Assembly: GCA_043771035.1 (NCBI GenBank)
Contig: JAYVHQ010000063.1
Span: 1-40,640 of the forward strand
From: Candidatus Kaiserbacteria bacterium
GTDB taxonomy: Bacteria; Patescibacteriota; Minisyncoccia; Phycocordibacterales; UBA918
Direction: 5' to 3'
DNA length: 40,640 bases
Shown: positions 1-8,392 of the stretch, in pieces
Position numbering within the stretch: the stretch's first letter is position 1
Layout of the letters: each line of letters starts with the position of its first letter
The notes under the pieces: model-generated
Told to the model about the DNA's origin: nothing
The model's database searches: none
The model's input: the letters and a program-made list of their open reading frames with translations, nothing else
Made by a program: the position numbers and the translations under genes

Positions 1-307
1 TCTCTCCTAGAGCTAGAATTCGAGCTGTCTCAGCGACGAAAAAATCTCGAGCGAGATAAAAGTTTATGAATCCCGGACCAGCGATTTCAATCAGGTCGAC
101 GTATTCAATTTGACCATCGAGCTTAGCGACGATTTGTTCGGCTACGGCCCGGGGTGGCTGCCCGAGTTTTTTAGCCAGCACCATCGCGATGTTACAAGCA
201 AAATCACCGTGACTGAGGTCGCCCGGGTGTTCAATCATATAACCTACAGACTCAATACCTAGCTCGGCCAGGGCTTCATCAATAGCTGTTTTAATCACAT
301 CATCCAT
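1..307 (-). CDS. argS: arginyl-tRNA synthetase, N-terminal part (gene continues past window start)
   Basis: Absent from the ORF track because it runs off the window. Reverse translation from the ATG at 307-305 gives MDDVIKTAIDEALAELGIESVGYMIEHPGDLSHGDFACNIAMVLAKKLGQPPRAVAEQIVAKLDGQIEYVDLIEIAGPGFINFYL. HGDF..NIAM and AGPGFINF are typical of the ArgRS N-terminal domain. Confidence 0.7.
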   Translation of the reverse strand, partial: MDDVIKTAIDEALAELGIESVGYMIEHPGDLSHGDFACNIAMVLAKKLGQPPRAVAEQIVAKLDGQIEYVDLIEIAGPGFINFYLARDFFVAETARILALGE

Positions 308-363
308 ATAAAGACACTATAGCAAATAATTTATGGATGCGCTTGGACACAAAAATGGTTGAA

Positions 364-1440
364 TTAGTCAACTCTTTTTTCTAAAACTGCTGGTTCGATC
401 GAATTATCAATTGAAAATATTTGCTGACCTAAAACCTGCCCCCGGCTCGTCTCAACACTACAGCGCCACACCCCATCTCTCGGGGCAGTGATGGCTGTCC
501 AGCCCCTGTAGCCATTTACGGCTTTGCCCGTAATTGAATAGGATTTTTTAAAATACTCAGTCCAGTCACCGTCACTGTTTTTGTAGTCCCAGACATGAAA
601 AATTTCGGTATCGATTTTAGCTGGCGCAAAAACACGAGTAAAGCAAGCGACGGTACCAGTACTCGATGGATGGAAAACGGTGCGAATTTTTTTATCAAGA
701 CGATACCAAGGTACGGGCTCATACGTCAGCTCGTAGCTTGCGTCGCCGAATTTTACCACTCCATGCACAATAGTAATTTCTTTAAGTGATAGCGGAATAG
801 GCGGAATGACGTTAGTAAAATAGAGCGTGTTGAGCCCCACAAATAATCCGAACACCAAGTAGACAATAGACTTAGTCTGCAAAGCCATGTAATTGGGAAT
901 AATTTTTGAAAGTAATTGCACGAGCATGTACACAATCGTGAGTGCCAGTAAGCCACTAGCCACAAAAATCTCTGGTCCCATCTTTCCTAAAAATACTGGC
1001 ACGACCATTACTAAATAGGAGAATAAACCAATGAAGTACGCGAGGATGTTAAATACCAGTTGCTGCCCCCGATTACGAACTGTTTCATTGCCATAAATTG
1101 CTCCGATAAACAAAAGTAAAAAGGGCCATGAGGCGAGGAGTGCTCCACTTTGCGTATAAAAAATGAGCATGCCTGAAAACAAACCACCAAAAGAATACTG
1201 CATCAAGAGCGGTGCAATTTTCCTAAAAAAAGTAGACACCCTAGCTCCAAATTTTTCGGCAATGCTCGCGTAGAGGAGAACAATCGAAATCGTAGCGAGC
1301 ACTACATAAAAAAACAGGATGAAGTTATCAAACACATCATCGACTCGATTGAGTAAAATAAGGTCAGTAATAAAACCCATCACAAACGCAATCGTCAGCC
1401 AGTGGCGCCTCACGTGATGGATTGTCTCACGAATATTCAT
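364..1440 (-). CDS. multi-pass membrane protein with C-terminal soluble beta-rich domain (DUF2914-like, family name from memory)
   Basis: 358-aa ORF. The first ~215 aa are a run of hydrophobic helices. The C-terminal part, VHGVVKFGD...NGYRGWTAITAPRDGVWRCSVETSRGQVLG, is soluble. Confidence 0.6.
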   Translation of the reverse strand: MNIRETIHHVRRHWLTIAFVMGFITDLILLNRVDDVFDNFILFFYVVLATISIVLLYASIAEKFGARVSTFFRKIAPLLMQYSFGGLFSGMLIFYTQSGALLASWPFLLLFIGAIYGNETVRNRGQQLVFNILAYFIGLFSYLVMVVPVFLGKMGPEIFVASGLLALTIVYMLVQLLSKIIPNYMALQTKSIVYLVFGLFVGLNTLYFTNVIPPIPLSLKEITIVHGVVKFGDASYELTYEPVPWYRLDKKIRTVFHPSSTGTVACFTRVFAPAKIDTEIFHVWDYKNSDGDWTEYFKKSYSITGKAVNGYRGWTAITAPRDGVWRCSVETSRGQVLGQQIFSIDNSIEPAVLEKRVD

Positions 1441-1472
1441 GTCTGTAGTATAGCGTACGGGAAATAAAAAAG

Positions 1473-1502
1473 TCGCCCAACCGCACGAAGCAAGTTGGGC
1501 GA
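1473..1502 (-). terminator. rho-independent terminator-like hairpin
   Basis: TCGCCCAAC (1473-1481) pairs with GTTGGGCGA (1494-1502). On the minus strand the hairpin is followed by TTTTTTATTT. Confidence 0.5.
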
Positions 1503-1603
1503 AGGTGTGGAACGAGGGACAGTGAACTTAAGTGACGATGACGTTCCGGGTCATCTTCATAAGTATTACTATAACATGTTTTTATAAAATTGCCAACACC
1601 TTA

Positions 1604-1757
1604 TGGATTGCCACGCTCCTTCTTACAGAAGCTATTCAGGTTGTCGCTATTTTTTCAAAATAGCTGGCAACCTCTTGCAAAGTGACATTAGGTCACTTTT
1701 CACTCGCAAAGACGCTTCGCGTCTGTTCGTCTTTGCGAGCGGCAGCGCGGCAATCCA
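1604..1757. repeat. intergenic hairpin repeat, family A, composite copy with a nested family B module
   Basis: Outer arms are TGGATTGCCACGC (1604-1616) and GCGCGGCAATCCA (1745-1757). The inner palindrome is CTCGCAAAGAC (1703-1713) / GTCTTTGCGAG (1729-1739). About 85 bp are inserted between the left outer arm and the inner palindrome, and that insert contains module B (1637-1678). Confidence 0.8.
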
Positions 1758-1853
1758 CGTCTTCCACTCCAACAAAAAATACCCGGGACTCGCATTGTCC
1801 TAGGTATTTTTGCCTTCTTCTTATTTTTCAAGATATAAACTTTCGTCTGAGAC

Positions 1854-3134
1854 CTACACCATCACATCAGGCACGGGGAACGCCTCGCACAGAGTCTGGA
1901 CCTCATTCTGCAGCTCATTGATCTTGGCCAAATCATCTTTGGCTTTCATGGTGGTAATCATAATCTCAGCGAGCTTGGTCGCCTCCCCTTCCATCATGCC
2001 CCGGGTAGTCATCGCTGGTGTACCAAACCTGATACCAGAGGGATCCATCGCACTGCGGCTGTCGTCGGCAATCATATTTTTGTTTAGGGTAATGCCAACT
2101 TTATCAAGAACAGTTTCTGCTTCTTGTCCCGTAACACCGAGACTACCAAACACGTCAGCGAGCAGCATGTGATTATCGGTTCCACCGCAGAGCAGACGCA
2201 CGTTGTGGGCTTTGAATACCGCTTCCATCGCTTTGGCATTTTTGAGGATTTGCGCAGCGTATACTTTAAACGCTGGTGTTAAGGCTTCACCAAAAGCGAC
2301 ACCTTTGGCGGCAATCGCATGCATGTGCGGTCCACCCTGCATTCCTGGGAATACGGCTTTGTTTATTTTCTTGGCAATCTCTTCACTCTCACGTACGAGA
2401 ATCATTCCGCCACGTGGACCACGCAGTGACTTGTGGGTTGTCATCGTCATCACATCAAAGCCATAATCAAACGGGTTCTTTGCAACCTCACCTGCAATAA
2501 GTCCTGTAATGTGAGCCACGTCAGCTACCGCGTACGCACCGACTTCGCGCGCAATGTCGACAAATTTTTGGTAATCGAGTTCACGACAGTAGGCTGAGAA
2601 TCCAGCGAGGATGATTTTTGGTTTATGTTCAAGCGCCGTTTGACGCAGTGCTTCGTAGTCAATTTCACCAGTATCAACATCCTTCATCTTATAGCGCACG
2701 AAGTTAAATACTTTATTAATTGCGGTTGTTGGATGTCCGTGGGTCAAATGTCCGCCATGAGAAAGATCCATCCCAAGTACCGTGTCGCCTGGCTCCATCA
2801 ACGCAAAGTACATCGCTACGTTCGCGGCTGCACCACCGAGCGGTTGCACATTCGCATACCCCGCTTTAAATAATTTCTTAGCCCGTTCAATAGTGATCGA
2901 TTCCATCATGTCGGTATATTGCTGTCCGCCGTAGTAGCGCTTACCCGGATAGCCTTCAGAATACTTGTTTGTGAATACCGAACCATTAGCCTCAAGCACG
3001 GCTCGTGAGACATAGTTTTCACTCGGAATCAGCTCAATCCCCCGCGCCTCCCGCGCCTCTTCGCCTATCAACGTCGCATACAACTCTGGATCCTGCGCCT
3101 TAATGAAATCGTAATTTTGCATAATTAAATACAC
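1854..3134 (-). CDS. glyA: serine hydroxymethyltransferase
   Basis: 426 aa with ELIPSENY, YSEGYPGKRYYGG and TTHKSLRGPRGG (PLP-lysine motif). Confidence 0.95.
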   Translation of the reverse strand: MYLIMQNYDFIKAQDPELYATLIGEEAREARGIELIPSENYVSRAVLEANGSVFTNKYSEGYPGKRYYGGQQYTDMMESITIERAKKLFKAGYANVQPLGGAAANVAMYFALMEPGDTVLGMDLSHGGHLTHGHPTTAINKVFNFVRYKMKDVDTGEIDYEALRQTALEHKPKIILAGFSAYCRELDYQKFVDIAREVGAYAVADVAHITGLIAGEVAKNPFDYGFDVMTMTTHKSLRGPRGGMILVRESEEIAKKINKAVFPGMQGGPHMHAIAAKGVAFGEALTPAFKVYAAQILKNAKAMEAVFKAHNVRLLCGGTDNHMLLADVFGSLGVTGQEAETVLDKVGITLNKNMIADDSRSAMDPSGIRFGTPAMTTRGMMEGEATKLAEIMITTMKAKDDLAKINELQNEVQTLCEAFPVPDVMV

Positions 3135-3210
3135 TTAAATTTTAATAAAAATCTTCAGTTGTGTAATACGTTAAATCATAGGTCAAAATATTCGTGTCCA
3201 AATTATATCA

Positions 3211-3552
3211 CTACCGATTATCGCCGTCGCCATGGACAACCTGCCTATCGTGACGTGAAGCGATTTTGTCGAGGTTCGTTTGGGCAACATCTGCTAAACT
3301 CAGATTAAATTCACTGGCTAGTTGCGCCAAATACCACAGAACGTCCCCTAGTTCTTTTTGGATTTCCTCCCGATTCTCACTTGTCACAAACTCTGGCGTG
3401 GCTGTGTTTTTGTCTCGAATTAATTTTTTGACTTTCTCCGCCACTTCACCTGCCTCACCAAATAGCCCTAGTGTCGGAAACACAAAATTATTCCCTACCT
3501 CTGGATACACTGCTTTTTTGCGGGTCTCGATTTGATAGGTGTTAAAATCCAT
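3211..3552 (-). CDS. MazG-like all-alpha nucleotide pyrophosphohydrolase
   Basis: 113 aa. The helices GLFGEAGEVAEKVKK and ELGDVLWYLAQL carry the acidic residues typical of the MazG/NTP-PPase fold. Confidence 0.75.
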   Translation of the reverse strand: MDFNTYQIETRKKAVYPEVGNNFVFPTLGLFGEAGEVAEKVKKLIRDKNTATPEFVTSENREEIQKELGDVLWYLAQLASEFNLSLADVAQTNLDKIASRHDRQVVHGDGDNR

Positions 3553-3561
3553 ATTTAAAAA

Positions 3562-3984
3562 TTATTTCCCAGTACTGCCAAACGCCCCGTCACCCCGAGC
3601 AGTCTCGTCTAACTCCATCACTTCTATTATTTCTGGATGTTCAACTTTTTGAATGAGTAACTGGGCTATTTTGTCACCTACTGCAAACGACTGGGGTTCA
3701 GTACCAAAATTATACAATCCAATTAAATACTCCCCCCGGTACTCGGTATCAAACACGCCACCAACTGTTTTAAGATGACGTTTATTCGCTATCCCTCCCT
3801 TGTCCCAGACTAAAGCTGTGTACCCTTCTGGAAAAACGATAGCGAGGCCAGTGGGAATTAACTGGTGCTCCCCGGGATTAATCGTAAAATCACTAATAGT
3901 ACATAAATCCAAGCCCGCATCGCTCGGATGCGCATATTGTGGCATTTTAGCCTCCGGATGAATTTTTTTGATATGAAGCTTCAT
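3562..3984 (-). CDS. dut: dUTP diphosphatase
   Basis: 140 aa with dUTPase motifs DAGLDL, GGVFDTEYRGE and C-terminal RGDGAFGSTG. Confidence 0.9.
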   Translation of the reverse strand: MKLHIKKIHPEAKMPQYAHPSDAGLDLCTISDFTINPGEHQLIPTGLAIVFPEGYTALVWDKGGIANKRHLKTVGGVFDTEYRGEYLIGLYNFGTEPQSFAVGDKIAQLLIQKVEHPEIIEVMELDETARGDGAFGSTGK

Positions 3985-4043
3985 AATACAAACAGTATAC
4001 CAGTTCTCAAAATTTACACTTTCTATACAAATACAGTATTATT

Positions 4044-4964
4044 ATGTTTATGATGAAACCATATAATGAGCGTACCTCAGATCTACAGTACAAGCAGCTT
4101 TTACAAACTATTTTAGATAAAGGGATCCGTTCCCAGAGTCAAGCGGGCACGAGTGCTGAAAATCCCGATGGGACTGATTGTATTACATTATTCGGAGCTA
4201 ACCCAATGCGATTTGATCTCAGTAATGGATTTCCGATGATAACCGAACGTAGTGTGAAAGGATTCTGGAAACAAGCTGTTGGTGAAATCATTGGCTTCGC
4301 TAATGGTGCTCGCACGCAAGCAGAACTGGAAGAATACGGTTGTAAATTTTGGGCCGCTTGGGTAACCAAAGAAAAGTGTGAGAAGCGTGGACTCGCGGAA
4401 GGTGATCTCGGACCCGGCTCATATGGTGCCGCCTTTCATGACTTCCCTACGGCAGAGGGTGAATCATACGATCAGTTTAAATACATCATTCAGCAAATCA
4501 AAGAGCGGCCTCATTTAAAAACCCACTTCATTTCACCGTGGGTACCTCAGTACACAGTACGAGTTGAAGGTCGTCAGCAAAAAGTGGTGGTCTGCCCTTG
4601 CCACGGCTGGCTCCATATCCGTATCTTAAACGGGAAATTAAATCTCCATATGTTCCAACGTTCTGGTGACGTACCAATTGGCGTACCGTCTAATATGATC
4701 CAGTACGCTGCGCTCACGATGATGTTGGCCCAAGTTACCGGTTATGAAGTTGGTGAATACATCCACACAATTTCAGACGCCCATATTTATGTCGACCAAA
4801 TCCCAGCTGTTGAAGCATTCCTCAAACGCGAAACTTTTCCCTTCCCAACGGTGACTCTCGACAACCCAACAACTAATTTTACAGAATTCCGCAATACCGA
4901 CTTTACCCTCGGGGACGATTACCACGCTGGCGAAGCGATGAAGGATATTCCAGTCGCGATTTAA
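4044..4964 (+). CDS. thyA: thymidylate synthase (ThyA type, divergent)
   Basis: 306 aa with MRFDLSNGFP, catalytic CPCH, FQRSGDVPIGVPSN, SDAHIY and the ThyA C-terminus IPVAI. The start could be any of M1/M3/M4. Confidence 0.85.
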   Translation: MFMMKPYNERTSDLQYKQLLQTILDKGIRSQSQAGTSAENPDGTDCITLFGANPMRFDLSNGFPMITERSVKGFWKQAVGEIIGFANGARTQAELEEYGCKFWAAWVTKEKCEKRGLAEGDLGPGSYGAAFHDFPTAEGESYDQFKYIIQQIKERPHLKTHFISPWVPQYTVRVEGRQQKVVVCPCHGWLHIRILNGKLNLHMFQRSGDVPIGVPSNMIQYAALTMMLAQVTGYEVGEYIHTISDAHIYVDQIPAVEAFLKRETFPFPTVTLDNPTTNFTEFRNTDFTLGDDYHAGEAMKDIPVAI

Positions 4965-4970
4965 ATCACT

Positions 4971-5441
4971 ATGACATTTACACCGGCCGCTGGCCTCGAC
5001 CACAAGGAAGCGAGGACGCAGGAGCAAAAAAAATTAATGGCGCAAATAGAGGCCGACGGTGTCTGCCCATTTTGTGAAGCCCATTTTCGAAAGTATCACC
5101 CAAAACCTATAATCAAAGAAACAAATTCGTGGTTTTTGACTGAAAATATGAGTCCATATGACGGCACCACGCAGCACTACATTTTTGTCTATAAACCTAA
5201 GCATATTACATTTCCTTCAGAAATGACTGAAGAAAGTCGTCTCGAACTCTTTGACTTAGTTGAATGGACGATACACGAGTACAAAATTCCAGGAGGTGGA
5301 TTCTTTATGCGTTTCGGTGAAGGTGGCTATAACGGCAGCAGTGTCGAACATCTCCATGCTCAGTTGGTGACTGGGGTAAAAAAAGGAGAGGATACTGAGG
5401 GATTAAAGGTGAAGTTGAGTTATAAGAAAATCATCTCTTAG
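4971..5441 (+). CDS. HIT-superfamily protein with HxHxQ variant triad
   Basis: 156 aa with CPFCE near the N-terminus, then VEHLHAQLV. It lies 6 nt after the thyA stop and 4 nt before the next gene. Confidence 0.65.
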   Translation: MTFTPAAGLDHKEARTQEQKKLMAQIEADGVCPFCEAHFRKYHPKPIIKETNSWFLTENMSPYDGTTQHYIFVYKPKHITFPSEMTEESRLELFDLVEWTIHEYKIPGGGFFMRFGEGGYNGSSVEHLHAQLVTGVKKGEDTEGLKVKLSYKKIIS

Positions 5442-5445
5442 ATTT

Positions 5446-6129
5446 ATGGAAGCTGTACCTTCTAGCAATACCTTTTCTCAATATGACAAAATAGGTCAAA
5501 TCTATATTGAAAAACAGCGTGAGTTTAGTAAAGGAGGTGAAAATCCAGTCCAAAATTATTTTAATAGTATTATTAAGCCTATTATTCAGGGTAGTGTATT
5601 ACTAGATGTGGGCTGCGGAGCTGGTGATGAATTAGAAATATACAAAGGACTGGGCGCTGCTGGTGTAATTGGTGTCGAACCATCTGCTGTCATGCGTGGG
5701 GCGTCGCCAGAGTATGCAGACGAGACTATTCAAGTTATTGACGGGACTTTTGATAAAATCCCAGTTCCAGACAGTAGTGTTGACGTGGTCACAGCCCGTT
5801 ACGCGTTACATATTTTAGCTGACTTCTCACCTGCTTTTGCCGAAGTAGCTCGCGTGTTAAAACCTGATGGGATATTTATAATTTCAGTATCTCACCCAGA
5901 CTTTGATAAATATATTGTAATCAAGCATGGCAAGGAAGTAGGCGACACAATTTCGCTAAAATTATTTGGTGGTAGTGTGACTCTCGATAATGCCACCCAC
6001 ACCATGTCCGAATATGTAGACAAAAGCTCTACTTACTATTTCAAAGTACTAGACACCCAGTCGTATGCCTTCAATCAAAATGACGCCACATTATTAACCG
6101 ACCTGGTGGTAGTATATAGAAAAATATAA
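5446..6129 (+). CDS. class I SAM-dependent methyltransferase
   Basis: 227 aa with motif I LLDVGCGAGDE, VVTARYALHIL and LKPDGIFII. Confidence 0.8.
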   Translation: MEAVPSSNTFSQYDKIGQIYIEKQREFSKGGENPVQNYFNSIIKPIIQGSVLLDVGCGAGDELEIYKGLGAAGVIGVEPSAVMRGASPEYADETIQVIDGTFDKIPVPDSSVDVVTARYALHILADFSPAFAEVARVLKPDGIFIISVSHPDFDKYIVIKHGKEVGDTISLKLFGGSVTLDNATHTMSEYVDKSSTYYFKVLDTQSYAFNQNDATLLTDLVVVYRKI

Positions 6130-6136
6130 ATGATTT

Positions 6137-6169
6137 AACCGCCAGCCGAGCAATGCTCAGCTGGCGGTT
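6137..6169. terminator. bidirectional terminator hairpin between convergent genes
   Basis: AACCGCCAGC (6137-6146) pairs with GCTGGCGGTT (6160-6169), followed by TTTAGTTT. Confidence 0.6.
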
Positions 6170-6199
6170 TTAGTTTATGTTTTTTCTTCGAACGATATT

Positions 6200-6718
6200 T
6201 CAGGAGGAGTGCAGCCAGTCATCGTGCCAATGTTTGAGCGCAACCTCTTTTGCCCAACTAAACAAATTGGGCCACGGGCCACGGTACAGCACTTCACTCT
6301 CCATAGAGTCCGCCACCAGCCACCGATATTTTCGACCGACAGTTTTATGCTGTGTTTGCCGCACAATTACCTTCGCGCCGAGCGATGGGTTGTTTTCGCA
6401 CCAGGCTTCAAAGTGTATTCCTTTTGCCCAGTCGTTAGCTTCAACTTGAAAAGGCACCTCATCAATACGATAGCCACCACACGCATCATCAGGATGGCGA
6501 ACCGGCACCACAGCATTGATTTTCTTTTGCGATGCACTGACGATACAAACTTGCGCCAGCTGCACTCCAGAAACAATAGCCGAACTAAGCTTGTATTCTG
6601 TACTGGTGCGCAGATTTTCACCGAAGATAGCGCGGAAGATGTTTTCCATTCCCTCCTCGATTGCACACTTGATTTGAACTTCAGGTGACAGTGCACCACT
6701 GACAGTATCTACTTCCAT
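6200..6718 (-). CDS. hypothetical protein
   Basis: The ORF track starts at a TTG (6724). The ATG at 6718 has a GGAG about 8 nt upstream. I recognise no motif. It is divergent from the second HIT-like gene. Confidence 0.5.
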   Translation of the reverse strand: MEVDTVSGALSPEVQIKCAIEEGMENIFRAIFGENLRTSTEYKLSSAIVSGVQLAQVCIVSASQKKINAVVPVRHPDDACGGYRIDEVPFQVEANDWAKGIHFEAWCENNPSLGAKVIVRQTQHKTVGRKYRWLVADSMESEVLYRGPWPNLFSWAKEVALKHWHDDWLHSS

Positions 6719-6882
6719 GATCAATCTCCATTCAAGATCTGTGATTACGTTTTATTGACGTTACCGTCAATCACTACCTTACCGCTTTATTATAAAAACT
6801 AAAACCTTGTATTTTTAGTAATTTGTTGTATTGTATTGGCAGACTGAGTGGCCTTCAGCTACCAACAACAAGGAGTTAGGCG

Positions 6883-7491
6883 ATGCCTACCAAAGCTACC
6901 CCCAATCACCAACTGACCGCGGAAGAGTTGTTCTGTCAGGAGGGATGCAGCACTTATCTGCAATTCCACCATATGACAAGCAATTTCCAGAACGGCGTCT
7001 GTGTGTTCTGTGAACTTGACCGCGAGCGCAACAAGGTACTCTGGGAAGACAAACACTTTATGCTCTGGGAGGTGCCCGCTGGTATTGGCAAGAAACGATC
7101 GCTCACGTTCCATATCTTGATTGTTTCAAAGAAGCATGTTCGATTCGTGGCCGACTTGCCGAAAGCTGCTGGCGCATCCCTCATTGAGGCCAATCGGCAG
7201 GCCAAAAAGATTGGCTATTCGGGTGGACTCAACCATGCTCGCGAAGGTGACATGCGGAACAATGCCGGAACTGTTCCTCATCTGCACTTCAACCTCTTTG
7301 AACCGAATGGTTCAAAAGAAGTGCGCGTCCCAGTGTTTAAGAATCCTAAAAGTCGAAAAGCGAACCAAGCGCGGGCGGCGCGCTTTGCGAAGCTGTACGA
7401 AGCGAATGTGACCCCGGACCAGTTCACTGAACTAGTTGCACGAGGTCATTATCGAGAGGATGGTGTGCGCCCTCGCCAACAGAAAACCTAA
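6883..7491 (+). CDS. HIT-superfamily protein, paralog with HxHxN variant triad and basic C-terminal tail
   Basis: 202 aa with CVFCE, ILIVSKKHV and VPHLHFNLF. AAGGAG (6870-6875) lies 7 nt upstream of the ATG. Confidence 0.65.
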   Translation: MPTKATPNHQLTAEELFCQEGCSTYLQFHHMTSNFQNGVCVFCELDRERNKVLWEDKHFMLWEVPAGIGKKRSLTFHILIVSKKHVRFVADLPKAAGASLIEANRQAKKIGYSGGLNHAREGDMRNNAGTVPHLHFNLFEPNGSKEVRVPVFKNPKSRKANQARAARFAKLYEANVTPDQFTELVARGHYREDGVRPRQQKT

Positions 7492-7504
7492 CCAACAAAT
7501 GAAC

Positions 7505-7548
7505 GGGCGCAGCAGTTGTGACAACTGCTGCGCCCGATATTTTTTTTA
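7505..7548 (+). terminator. rho-independent terminator
   Basis: A 14-bp perfect stem, GGGCGCAGCAGTTG (7505-7518) / CAACTGCTGCGCCC (7522-7535), is followed by GATATTTTTTTT. Confidence 0.75.
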
Positions 7549-8391
7549 CAATCTTACCTGTATCAGCTCCACCCCCTCTCCTTTGAGAAACTCATCGCCT
7601 TCAAGTACCGCATAGCCCTTGAGAAAATAGATTTTTTTAACTCCGGCTTTGGCCACTAATCGCGCACAGTACGGACATGGGAAATCCGTTAGAAACAATT
7701 CGGCACCTTCGGGTGAAATACCTTTGCGCGCCGCTTCAGCTATTACGCCGACTTCAGCGTGAGCGGCAGTACCATAGTTAATATTAATGCCTTTTTTAAA
7801 TAGCGCACGAGCATCACTAAATACATTAGGTAATTGTTCAAACGGCATGTGATCGTTATGAGCTATGGCAATCACTTCCCCATCTTTAACCAGCGCTGCT
7901 CCCACATTACGCCACCAGTCAGCACTTTTGGTCGCTTCTTGAAGTACCTGATGAAAAACGGTTGTAATAAATTCAGGCAAATCAGCAACCAAAACATCCG
8001 GCTCTTTGGTTTCACCTAAGTTCTCGCGATTCCAACGCAGAAATACGTCAACGTATGTAATTGTTCTGCCACTAAAATACTTATTCACTAAAAATGTACT
8101 GATATCTTCTTTGGGTAGTAAAATTTCATCGTCACTACTTTGCACCTCAATAATCGTACTATCATTTAAAATAACTACCGGGATATTTGTGTACTGTTCG
8201 AGCGCCTGCATAATATCAAAAGCAGATAAAGCGTGCAAACTATTTTTTCGCACTAAATAATCAAACTCGTCATGGGGCGCGAGAAATGGTAAGTCAACGA
8301 GAAATAACTTTGTCACCCCTTTACTCTCGCAGGTACGTACAAAATCTAAATACCCGCGGTGAACAACTGGGATATGACAAAGTGCAATCAT
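7546..8391 (-). CDS. deoxycytidylate (dCMP) deaminase domain fused to an unassigned ~130-aa N-terminal domain
   Basis: 281 aa. The C-terminal half has the zinc motifs HAEVGVI and PCPYCA (ComEB/dCMP deaminase type). I recognise nothing in the N-terminal MIALCHIPVVHRGYLDFV... domain. Confidence 0.8.
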   Translation of the reverse strand: MIALCHIPVVHRGYLDFVRTCESKGVTKLFLVDLPFLAPHDEFDYLVRKNSLHALSAFDIMQALEQYTNIPVVILNDSTIIEVQSSDDEILLPKEDISTFLVNKYFSGRTITYVDVFLRWNRENLGETKEPDVLVADLPEFITTVFHQVLQEATKSADWWRNVGAALVKDGEVIAIAHNDHMPFEQLPNVFSDARALFKKGININYGTAAHAEVGVIAEAARKGISPEGAELFLTDFPCPYCARLVAKAGVKKIYFLKGYAVLEGDEFLKGEGVELIQVRL

Positions 8392-8392
8392 A

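Noticed and set aside
1810-2172. Numerous ORFs of 60-160 aa antisense to or overlapping glyA, thyA, nrdA, nrdB, the YibE/F gene, gajB, the MTase and others
   Set aside because: They lie inside long ORFs with strong family signatures on the other strand or in another frame. They are typical shadow ORFs.
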